From an uncultured Gammaproteobacteria bacterium (lineage in GTDB: Bacteria > Patescibacteriota > Microgenomatia > Levybacterales > GWA1-39-11), in contig CAYVAJ010000007.1 in the NCBI GenBank assembly GCA_964448725.1, positions 1 through 58,531 of the forward strand: a stretch of 58,531 bases of DNA. The letters are read 5' to 3'. The number at the start of each line of letters is the position of its first letter. Positions within the stretch are counted from its first letter, which is position 1. Position numbers and translations under genes: made by a program. This document shows, piece by piece, positions 22,363 to 29,813 of the stretch. Below the pieces are notes generated by a model. That model was not told the origin of the DNA. It saw only the letters and a list, made by a program, of their open reading frames with translations, and ran no database searches.

Positions 22363-22419
22363 TTAGACCCGCTCCATAAGGAGACAGAAATCAAAAAGTG
22401 GATAGAGATTTTTCATCAT
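22363..22419 (-). CDS. 18-codon leader mini-ORF of M6 (MMKNLYPLFDFCLLMERV)
   Basis: ATG 9 nt after the -10, no SD. TAA sits 3 nt before seg2. Confidence 0.5.
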   Translation of the reverse strand: MMKNLYPLFDFCLLMERV

Positions 22420-22461
22420 TTCGTAATTATTTTAACGAAGTAAAAGCGTTTGTGTCAAGTA

Positions 22462-23130
22462 TTATCCGGTTTGAGTTGCTATTGAACGTTCTGAAGACAA
22501 GCTAAATGAAGTGCCTTTTTTAGCAAACTGATTCCAATATTTTTGTTGACCTTTTTTGCTTGCAAAAAGTGCCAGCCAGTTTTTCCCTTCCTCTACTCGT
22601 ACGCGTGCGTTACGGACTGTAATGAGTACCCATTCCAAGAAATTAACTTGATATGTACTTGCTTTCCCTAAAGTACTTTCTACGGTTACTTGATGGGAAA
22701 CTTGCTTAAATGCCATTTCCATTTCTTTTGACGCTTTAATAAGTTTTTTTATTTCCATTTGCAGTAGCTCTACCTGCTGAGTTGTTTCAATTTCTTGCGT
22801 AGAAGATGTCTCTGCATGATCGAAAGATCGGACATATTCTCGATGCTCAGCGGTGATCGTTGCTTTTTCTCCTGATTTTTCTTGAATAAGTGAGAATTCT
22901 TGTCCTTCTTGCAGTACCGCTTCTTGACGAATATTCTCTGTTTTTTCTGATTTTTTACTCAACAGCTGCTCAGGAAGGGTCTGTTTTGCAGACGCTTTGA
23001 AAAAATCTTCCCACATGCTGCGAATTGCATCTTTTGAGAGCGTTGAGACTTGTTTTCCCACTTCATTTCCGCTTGTTTCAATAGAATCTTGAAAGTAGGA
23101 TTGTTTGTTAGATTTACCCTGTTGTTTCAT
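22462..23130 (-). CDS. hypothetical protein (222 aa)
   Basis: Long AT-rich ORF between tig and M6. Polar, Lys/Glu/Gln-rich. No family recognised. Confidence 0.55.
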   Translation of the reverse strand: MKQQGKSNKQSYFQDSIETSGNEVGKQVSTLSKDAIRSMWEDFFKASAKQTLPEQLLSKKSEKTENIRQEAVLQEGQEFSLIQEKSGEKATITAEHREYVRSFDHAETSSTQEIETTQQVELLQMEIKKLIKASKEMEMAFKQVSHQVTVESTLGKASTYQVNFLEWVLITVRNARVRVEEGKNWLALFASKKGQQKYWNQFAKKGTSFSLSSERSIATQTG

Positions 23131-23196
23131 AAGAAATTGATCGTATTATAAGATATTTTACGTTCAATTTCAAGTTTGCATTCAATATATCTGAAC

Positions 23197-24027
23197 TTAC
23201 AGTTGCATTAGATAATCAATAGTTTTTTGCTGGCGAATAAGGGCCACAAGAAAATAGGGGTTTTTAGCAATTTCTTCTTTATTTTTTGGATCTTGGAATT
23301 TGCTGAGCGCTTCTTCTATATCTTTTTGTTCAACTGAGATGTTTTCGCTGTCTGCAATTTTTTTGAGTAAGAATTCTAATTTTAAATCACGTTGAGCTTT
23401 AGCTTCATATCCTTTGCGCATATCCTCTGCAGTTTGGCTGCGTGCAGCTAAATATTGATCAAGATTCATACCTAGCCGTTGTAATTCTTCAACGAGTTGG
23501 GAAAGCAATCGATTTGTCTCTTCTTCAATCAATATTGTAGGAACAGTGATTTCAGCTCCTTCAAGTGCAGCTGTCAGTATATCGTCTATTTTTGGTTTTT
23601 CAGCTTCTTTTTCGCCAGGTTTTATGATTTTATTTTTAGCTGTCACATCTTTGACTGCTTTTTTATAATCTCCAAGCTTTACTTCAGGCTCAAGTGCGGT
23701 TACTGCTTCAAATACAAGATCTGTACCCTCTTCAAATACTTCAATATGGAGCTTAGGAGATACAATTGGCTGTAGTTTTTCTTCTTGGATAGCTTTGTTA
23801 TATGCTTCTGGAACAACTTTTTTGAGTGTTTCTTCTTGAACTACGTGCTTTGGAAGCTTTTCATCAGCAATTTTTTTTGGAACCTGCCCTTTTCGAAAGC
23901 CTGGAGCTGAAATATTTTTGCTCAGTTCTGATTTTACTTTTTCGCGAGCTTTTTCAACTTCTACAAAAGGCACTGTGATTTTAAGCACAAGTGTTCCGTC
24001 ATCTTGTTTTTTAATTTCTGGTTTCAT
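23197..24027 (-). CDS. tig: trigger factor, short form lacking the PPIase domain
   Basis: Start at MKPEIKK (24027). GFRKGQVP ribosome-binding signature, then directly a C-terminal arm-like region. 276 aa. Confidence 0.75.
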   Translation of the reverse strand: MKPEIKKQDDGTLVLKITVPFVEVEKAREKVKSELSKNISAPGFRKGQVPKKIADEKLPKHVVQEETLKKVVPEAYNKAIQEEKLQPIVSPKLHIEVFEEGTDLVFEAVTALEPEVKLGDYKKAVKDVTAKNKIIKPGEKEAEKPKIDDILTAALEGAEITVPTILIEEETNRLLSQLVEELQRLGMNLDQYLAARSQTAEDMRKGYEAKAQRDLKLEFLLKKIADSENISVEQKDIEEALSKFQDPKNKEEIAKNPYFLVALIRQQKTIDYLMQL

Positions 24028-24036
24028 ATCTGCCCT

Positions 24037-24065
24037 ATTATACAAATTGATAGTGTAAAGTGCAA
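24037..24065 (-). promoter_or_regulatory. tig promoter TTGCAC-17-TATAAT, leaderless geometry
   Basis: The -10 (24042-24037) ends 9 nt before ATG 24027. No SD. Confidence 0.55.
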
Positions 24066-24101
24066 AGTGTAAAGCTGAAAGCGTAAAATTGAGGGGAATT
24101 T

Positions 24102-24119
24102 TGGTGCCCGAGAGAGGAA
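24102..24119 (-). repeat. echo copy of the tRNA-Leu(CAG) 3' end
   Basis: GTGCCCGAGAGAGGA at 24104-24118 repeats 24168-24182. The echo carries CCA (minus strand ...CTCGGGCACCA). Confidence 0.7.
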
Positions 24120-24167
24120 TTGCGCCCCAAGGGCACTTGCTATTGCATAGCGGCGAACCAACTTTTG

Positions 24168-24250
24168 TGCCCGAGAGAGGAGTTGAACCTCCACACCGTT
24201 GCCGATACAGCGTTCTGAACACTGCGTGTCTACCATTCCACCACTCGGGC
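24168..24250 (-). tRNA. tRNA-Leu (CAG)
   Basis: Acceptor GCCCGAG, anticodon arm CAGTG-TTCAGAA-CGCTG, long variable arm, T-arm GGAGG-TTCAACT-CCTCT. Confidence 0.8.
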
Positions 24251-24345
24251 ATAATTTAGTTATTGGGCAGTTCATATATTTTGATATATTTTATCCCTTT
24301 TGATCTTCCTTGACAAGCAAATACATCTATGGAAAGATAGAAGGA

Positions 24346-24942
24346 ATGGACAAACGGATTATTCTGCTCGGTGTCTATTTGCTCACTGCTCCTGCTGCAC
24401 TTTTCGTTCTTATCTTTTATACCCTTTACTATCACCATGAGCATACTCTGTCTCGTACACCTTCTGTAAAGGTGTTGAATTATAATGGTAATTTTGAAGC
24501 TCTACCTGACAATACTGTAAGCACATCAGCGATTAACCTACCAAGTACTGATGCCAGAATTGCAGCGCTGGATGACTTCTTTAAGAAGCACAAATCCCCA
24601 CTTGTCTCTCATAGCAAAATTATTGTTCAGCAGGCTGATGAATATGGGTTTGATTATCGGCTTCTACCTGCAATTGCCATGCAAGAAAGCAACCTGTGTA
24701 AAAAAATTCCTAAGGGAGCTGATCATAACTGTTGGGGTTTCGGTATATACGGAAAAAAACGTACTGGATTCGAATCGTATGATAGAGCTATACAAGTTAT
24801 CTCTAAAACTCTTTCCGAGCAGTACATAAGTAAAGGTTTGGAAACTCCGGAGCAGATCATGTCCAAGTATACTCCTAACAGCAATGGTTCATGGGCAAAT
24901 GGAGTTATTTACTTCATGAATCAAATCCACTCTAATATTTAG
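24346..24942 (+). CDS. membrane-anchored protein with lytic-transglycosylase-like E-S motif
   Basis: Start at MDKRIILLG. YRLLPAIAMQESNLC resembles the catalytic SLT-type motif. Paralog of 25297-25845. Confidence 0.45.
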   Translation: MDKRIILLGVYLLTAPAALFVLIFYTLYYHHEHTLSRTPSVKVLNYNGNFEALPDNTVSTSAINLPSTDARIAALDDFFKKHKSPLVSHSKIIVQQADEYGFDYRLLPAIAMQESNLCKKIPKGADHNCWGFGIYGKKRTGFESYDRAIQVISKTLSEQYISKGLETPEQIMSKYTPNSNGSWANGVIYFMNQIHSNI

Positions 24943-25032
24943 CTGCTATATAGTGGTCCAAACTACAAGTGACCACTAAGGCAATTCCAGATTAGGCCGT
25001 ATTTATGCTATTTTGAGCATTGTTTTACAGAC

Positions 25033-25061
25033 TTGACAGACTCATAGTTGTTTGCTATAAT
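25033..25061 (+). promoter_or_regulatory. consensus promoter TTGACA-17-TATAAT
   Basis: TTGACA 25033-25038, TATAAT 25056-25061. Confidence 0.7.
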
Positions 25062-25103
25062 ACGTGCTAGGTCTCGAGGTAGCCCAAAACTTACTTTGAG
25101 ACT

Positions 25104-25185
25104 CTTTAAAAGGACTGAATCAGTGAATTTTTTCTACTAAAAAATTCATCCCAATACGAGGCGATTTAGTCCTTTTAAAGTTTTT
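25104..25185 (+). terminator. 18-bp hairpin + T5 inside the 230-nt leader
   Basis: CTTTAAAAGGACTGAATC (25104-25121) pairs with GATTTAGTCCTTTTAAAG (25163-25180) with one G-U. Inner 9-bp hairpin 25125-25147. TTTTT at 25181-25185. Confidence 0.6.
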
Positions 25186-25296
25186 AACCCTTTATCTTCA
25201 CATCCACGCGTAATTGCCTCGGAGTTCCAAGAGAATAAATTGATTATTTTTTTGGAGTCCCAGGTAAGCGCAACAAGCAGACCTTGGGATGTGTTT

Positions 25297-25845
25297 ATGA
25301 AAAAACTATTTATTCTTATCGCCTTTCTTCTTGCGATAAGTATCACCCCACAAACCTACGCGTCAGAAAAAATTGCTGGACGCTCAGCTCAACTTACTAC
25401 TACAACAGTATCAACGGAAAACACTATTTCCTATGATGCTCGGGTGGTTGCACTCACTAACGTATTACAAAAGTACGATTCTATATTAGTGCCTGAAGCT
25501 AAAAACTTTGTGTACTATGCTGATGCGCATGGTATTGATTGGAGACTTTTAGTATCTATTGCAGGACTTGAGTCTACCTTTGCTTCACGGTATGTACAAG
25601 GATCATATAATGCGTATGGTTGGGGTGGTGGCTACATTTACTTTGATAGCTGGGAAAACGGTATTGATTCTATATCTCGTGCCTTACGGAAGAATTACTA
25701 TGACCGTGGTGCAAACACTGTAGAAAAAATTGGTCCTATTTATGCAGCTAACCCTCATTGGGCACAACGTATTAACGTGTTTATGAATGAAATTGATGAA
25801 GAATACGCACGTATCACAACACTCTCAGTCGCTCCTCAATTTTAA
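25297..25845 (+). CDS. secreted protein with lytic-transglycosylase-like E-S motif (paralog)
   Basis: Signal peptide MKKLFILIAFLLAISITPQTYA. WRLLVSIAGLESTFA. Confidence 0.45.
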   Translation: MKKLFILIAFLLAISITPQTYASEKIAGRSAQLTTTTVSTENTISYDARVVALTNVLQKYDSILVPEAKNFVYYADAHGIDWRLLVSIAGLESTFASRYVQGSYNAYGWGGGYIYFDSWENGIDSISRALRKNYYDRGANTVEKIGPIYAANPHWAQRINVFMNEIDEEYARITTLSVAPQF

Positions 25846-26002
25846 CTGAGAATACCCTCTTGCATTCAAAATGTCTAGATTCCAACTAGACATACCGATA
25901 TTCTAGCCACAATAAAGAAACAATTATGTCTAGAATCTATCTAGACATAAATTTTCGATTGCAGTGGGAGATGTAAAACGTATATAATGTGAGGCGTAGT
26001 AT

Positions 26003-26085
26003 GCGGATGTGGTGGAATGGTAGACACGCTAGTTTTAGGAACTAGTATTCGCAAGAATGTGGGGGTTCAAGTCCTCTCATCCGCA
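26003..26085 (+). tRNA. tRNA-Leu (TAG)
   Basis: Acceptor GCGGATG/CATCCGC, anticodon arm CTAGT-TTTAGGA-ACTAG, long variable arm. Confidence 0.85.
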
Positions 26086-26409
26086 CACTTAGTAAAAAGC
26101 TTCTACTCAACCTTTCAAATATACATAATTGCCAAAAAATCTCTGGAATAGTTGAAGAATATTCATCTTAAGAGAGGCAAATAACTTTCTGATAAAGAAA
26201 AAGTTTCAGAATGAATCAGATCTGATACATACACTTAAATTGTGTATTATTTTCCATTATAAATTCTATTTTTGTGCTAAAATACAGCAATGACAAAAGG
26301 GGTCATTTACCTAATGACAACGGCTATTTCGGTTTGGAATCGGATGAATGACGGTGAGTTACTAAATTAGGTACTAACGGTGTTGATAGCTGGTTGATTA
26401 GTAAAGATT

Positions 26410-26715
26410 ATGACAACTAAGAATCAGGTAAAAAAAGTATGTGATCGTGGACATGTTTTTTATAAATCAAGCGATTGTCCTGTCTGCCCAACATGTTGGA
26501 GTGGATATTATCGTGAAGGACACAATGGAGATTTCCCTGAAAAATTGTCTGCACCTGCACTGCGTGCTCTTTTGAACGCTCACATTTTCAATCTTGCACA
26601 GTTAGCAAAGTATTCAGAAAATGAAATTTTAGAACTCCATGGGATGGGACCGAGCTCAATTCCTCTACTCAAAGAAGCGATGCACAAGAAAAAGTTAGAG
26701 TTCAAAAAAGGTTAA
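26410..26715 (+). CDS. zinc-ribbon + helix-hairpin-helix small protein
   Basis: CDRGH...CPVCPTC then LSAPALRALLNAHIFNLAQLAKYSENEILELHGMGPSS (RNAP alpha-CTD-like HhH). Confidence 0.5.
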   Translation: MTTKNQVKKVCDRGHVFYKSSDCPVCPTCWSGYYREGHNGDFPEKLSAPALRALLNAHIFNLAQLAKYSENEILELHGMGPSSIPLLKEAMHKKKLEFKKG

Positions 26716-26770
26716 TTAAATTACGTATTAAATAGATGAATAAAAACTGGTTTCTTGGTAACATAGAGCT

Positions 26771-27139
26771 ATGAAACCCAAAAGCGTTGATGAATTTATT
26801 GAGGGTTTTCCCTCCAATCAGAAAGCAAAGTTGATAGAGCTGCGAAAGATTATAAAAACCACATTGCCTGATACTGATGAAGCACTCAAATGGGGTGAAC
26901 CCGCTATCTTAGATAAAGATGGAATGATCTTAGTAATTTATGGAGGTTATAAACAACACATGAATATTGTTGCTACTCCAAGCACTAAACAGGCCCTAGA
27001 AAGCGAACTGTTAAATTATAAAACAGGAAAAGGATCTATTCTGCTCCATTACGATAAACCTCTGCCAGTTGCTTTAATTAAGAAGATTGTATTGTATAGA
27101 GCAAAAGAGTACCGTGAAAACGGTGTTAAATGGATGTAA
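26771..27139 (+). CDS. DUF1801 (YdhG-like) protein
   Basis: VDEFIEGFPSNQKAKLIELRKIIKTTLPDTDEALKWGEPA pattern. Confidence 0.65.
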   Translation: MKPKSVDEFIEGFPSNQKAKLIELRKIIKTTLPDTDEALKWGEPAILDKDGMILVIYGGYKQHMNIVATPSTKQALESELLNYKTGKGSILLHYDKPLPVALIKKIVLYRAKEYRENGVKWM

Positions 27140-27314
27140 TTCCAGCATTTACTTTTGCAACATTCGATATCTAAAAGATTTTAGCGTATTGATACTAGTG
27201 TAATAATCCTAGGCAAATCGAGACTTCTCATTCTTTCCCTATTCTTACCCCATTTTTGGCCTTTTATTGCTTCCTGTCTATAAGATAGTCGTTATTTGAT
27301 TGGAGGTGATATAT

Positions 27315-27494
27315 ATGGCAGATAATACTCAAGATCAGAAAGAAAATGAACAGAATATACAAAACGGACAAGATTTTTCTCTTGAAGATGAGCAAGGAAT
27401 TGCAGGAGGAGAAGCAGAATATGATCAAAGCGATATTGATCTATTAGATTTGGATCAGGAAGACATTACTGGTACAGATGAAAATCAAATATAG
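27315..27494 (+). CDS. small highly acidic protein
   Basis: GGAGGTGA SD before ATG 27315. MADNTQDQKENEQN... Confidence 0.4.
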   Translation: MADNTQDQKENEQNIQNGQDFSLEDEQGIAGGEAEYDQSDIDLLDLDQEDITGTDENQI

Positions 27495-27535
27495 AGATGT
27501 GGTGCAGAAGAGATTTTCTGCACCAAGAATTTATT

Positions 27536-28396
27536 ATGGCAAAACCAACACCACCGCAACCAGCTCAAACTCTTACTACACAGCCAGGAAAAGAACATGA
27601 AATGGCTCAAAAACCAGAATTTTTTGGTGAAGATTATAAACCAGCAGGAAAATTATTAGAAAAAGTGGCATTGATTACTGGAGGAGATAGCGGGATAGGC
27701 AGATCAGTTGCTGTTCATTTTGCCCGTGAAGGAGCAGATATTGTAATCGCATATTTAAATGAACATAAAGATGCAGAGAAGACACAAAAAGAAATCAAAA
27801 AGTTAGGGAGAACATGCCTGCTTATTCCAGGAGATTTAGGAGACGAATCTCATGCACAGTCCGTCGTTGATGAGGCTGTAAAAAAGTTTGAAAGAATAGA
27901 TATTCTGGTAAATAATGCAGCAGAACAACATCCACAAGCAAGTATTGAAGATATTTCATCAGAACAGTTAGAACGAACGTTCCGCACAAATATATTTGCC
28001 TATTTTTATCTCACAAAAGCTGCTCTTTCTCACTTAAAAGAAGGTAGCACAATCATTAATACTACTTCAGTAACTGCATATCGTGGAAGCGGACATTTGC
28101 TTGATTATTCTTCAACAAAAGGCGCCATTGTCGCTTTTACTCGGTCTCTTGCCAGTCAGTTAGCTCAGAAAAAGATTAGAGTTAATGGAGTTGCTCCAGG
28201 TCCAGTATGGACGCCGCTTATCCCCTCTACTTTTAGTGAGGAGGAAGTGCAGGAATTTGGTGCAAAAGAACCACTTGAACGTCCTGGACAACCTGATGAA
28301 ATCGCACCAAGCTATGTCTTCCTTGCTTCACAGGATTCTTCATATATGACGGGGCAAGTACTCCACCCTAATGGGGGAGAAATAATAAATGGGTAA
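27536..28396 (+). CDS. SDR-family oxidoreductase (YhxC/YghA-like)
   Basis: TGGDSGIGRS Rossmann motif, NNAA, YxxxK region (YSSTKGA). Confidence 0.8.
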   Translation: MAKPTPPQPAQTLTTQPGKEHEMAQKPEFFGEDYKPAGKLLEKVALITGGDSGIGRSVAVHFAREGADIVIAYLNEHKDAEKTQKEIKKLGRTCLLIPGDLGDESHAQSVVDEAVKKFERIDILVNNAAEQHPQASIEDISSEQLERTFRTNIFAYFYLTKAALSHLKEGSTIINTTSVTAYRGSGHLLDYSSTKGAIVAFTRSLASQLAQKKIRVNGVAPGPVWTPLIPSTFSEEEVQEFGAKEPLERPGQPDEIAPSYVFLASQDSSYMTGQVLHPNGGEIING

Positions 28397-28419
28397 CAGG
28401 TTTTTCCCTGTTGGGATTT

Positions 28420-29382
28420 CTATTTCGTCTTTTTTTTCGAAGGGGCTGGAGTTGTAAAAGTAGCCTGAATTGTTTTGAGATCAAGTCGTGATTTATAAAA
28501 AAAGTACCCTACAATACCAAATGTTGCAATCGGTGAAATCCAATCAGGAATATCTACATCAAAACTATGTAATACCATAACAACTCCCAGAATCAGTATT
28601 GAATACATAGCTCCATTTTTTAGGTATTTATATTTTTTAATCCGGTCAATATTACTGATGGTTAATTGTCGCAGCACTATTGCTCCAATTCCATTCCCAA
28701 CCAAAATGAGGGGAATTGCAAACGTAAATGCAAATGCGCCGATTACTCCATCAATTGAAAAACTTGCATCAAGCACTTCAAGATATGCAATCTTTGCAAT
28801 ATCTGACATGCCTCCCCCTAATAGCTTTTTTTCTTGCTGTTCTGCAAAGTTTCTAAACCCATGGATAATAAAAAATGCAGTAGATCCTACGACTGCTCCG
28901 AATTGTAATAGCGGATGATGATGTTGAAATGCGAGCCAAACAATAGCAGTCAACAGTAGAGATACAATTGCATAAAACCATGCCCCCTGTGCCTGAAAGA
29001 AACGTTCTCCTCGCAGACCAAAATTTTTTGGTTCAAGAAATAGCCAGTGAAAAAAAAGAAAGATTAAAAATATTCCTCCTGCAATGAGCAGTACATGTGA
29101 GGATTCTTTTACCACTTCGCCGATTCGAGGATCACTAGAGAATGCTGCGGTTAACGTGCCAAGTACTCCAAGCTGTGGAGTTGCTGCAAAGAGTATGAGA
29201 AATGGTAAGAGTCCACGAACCAAAAATACGGAAAAAAAGATTCCCCAGGTTAAAAACCACCTACGGGCCTTTTTACTCATGCCTGAGAGAACCTCAGCAT
29301 TAATAATCGCATTATCAATACTTGTAATAATTTCAAATAGGGAGAGCCCGAGGACAATTAAAACTATTGAGAAAAAATCCAT
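28420..29382 (-). CDS. TerC/DUF475-like integral membrane protein
   Basis: Start at MDFFSIV. SIDNAIINA and SFSIDGVIGA repeats. Multiple TM helices. Confidence 0.6.
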   Translation of the reverse strand: MDFFSIVLIVLGLSLFEIITSIDNAIINAEVLSGMSKKARRWFLTWGIFFSVFLVRGLLPFLILFAATPQLGVLGTLTAAFSSDPRIGEVVKESSHVLLIAGGIFLIFLFFHWLFLEPKNFGLRGERFFQAQGAWFYAIVSLLLTAIVWLAFQHHHPLLQFGAVVGSTAFFIIHGFRNFAEQQEKKLLGGGMSDIAKIAYLEVLDASFSIDGVIGAFAFTFAIPLILVGNGIGAIVLRQLTISNIDRIKKYKYLKNGAMYSILILGVVMVLHSFDVDIPDWISPIATFGIVGYFFYKSRLDLKTIQATFTTPAPSKKKTK

Positions 29383-29595
29383 ACAAAAGTGATTATAGCA
29401 AACAACAGGCAATCTGAAAAATGGCAAAACATCTAACAGTGTTCATTCATTGATATTGCCTATAATATTTTGTAAAATGTAAGCCTGCGTGCACAAGTAT
29501 GGGCCGGCAATGCAAGCAACGTGTTGCAGGCGGACTCAGTAAATACAAGTGGCAATTAAGATTAGTACTTAATTGTATAGTATAATGAACTTTAC

Positions 29596-29676
29596 GGGCT
29601 GGTGGCGAAATGGTAGACGCGTACGCTTGAGGGGCGTATGGGGCAACCCTTGGAGGTTCAAGTCCTCTTCAGCCCA
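29596..29676 (+). tRNA. tRNA-Leu (GAG)
   Basis: Acceptor GGGCTGG/TCAGCCC, anticodon arm TACGC-TTGAGGG-GCGTA, long variable arm. Confidence 0.8.
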
Positions 29677-29757
29677 CACGTTCGTAATGAACGAGTAATT
29701 TTATTGTATCTTCTTCATACATCATAGAACCTATTATATTTTCCTAACGTGTTCTCT

Positions 29758-29798
29758 ATAAAAAAAGTGCCCCGATCCAAAAATATGAACCGGGGCGA
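29758..29798 (-). terminator. intrinsic terminator of the 29814-31178 gene
   Basis: Minus strand GTCGCCCCG-16 nt-CGGGGCAC followed by TTTTTTTA. Confidence 0.6.
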
Positions 29799-29813
29799 CT
29801 CCTGCTTAACGTG

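Larger units (their letters stand above)
22162..22458 (-). promoter_or_regulatory. attenuator module M6
   Basis: TTGACA (22458-53)-18-TAAAAT (22434-29), mini-ORF, seg1 22409-04, seg2 22359-51, terminator 22319-22297, GA-hairpin 22274-22254, then alternative hairpins CATTGGAAG/CTTCCAATG/TGGAAG before the SD. Confidence 0.65.

Noticed and set aside
14386-22458. Integron-like cassette array, with the repeated intergenic elements as attC sites.
   Set aside because: No integrase or attI is present. The repeats carry promoters, mini-ORFs, T7 terminators and SDs rather than attC-type imperfect palindromes. Housekeeping genes (thrS-rplT) lie between copies.
24028-24252. N-terminal 75 codons of the track ORF 23197-24252 (MPEWWNGRHA...).
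   Set aside because: This part runs through tRNA-Leu(CAG) and its echo. A promoter (24037-24065) and the conserved trigger-factor N-terminus support the start at 24027.
25068-25296. The c-di-AMP (ydaO) riboswitch, which often precedes cell-wall hydrolase genes.
   Set aside because: I could not find the conserved ACGGGG/CCGA-type core or the pseudo-twofold layout. The region is kept only as an unclassified structured leader.
25146-25346. The 66-aa minus-strand ORF.
   Set aside because: It lies across the 18-bp hairpin leader and the start of the plus-strand gene, and has no SD or promoter.
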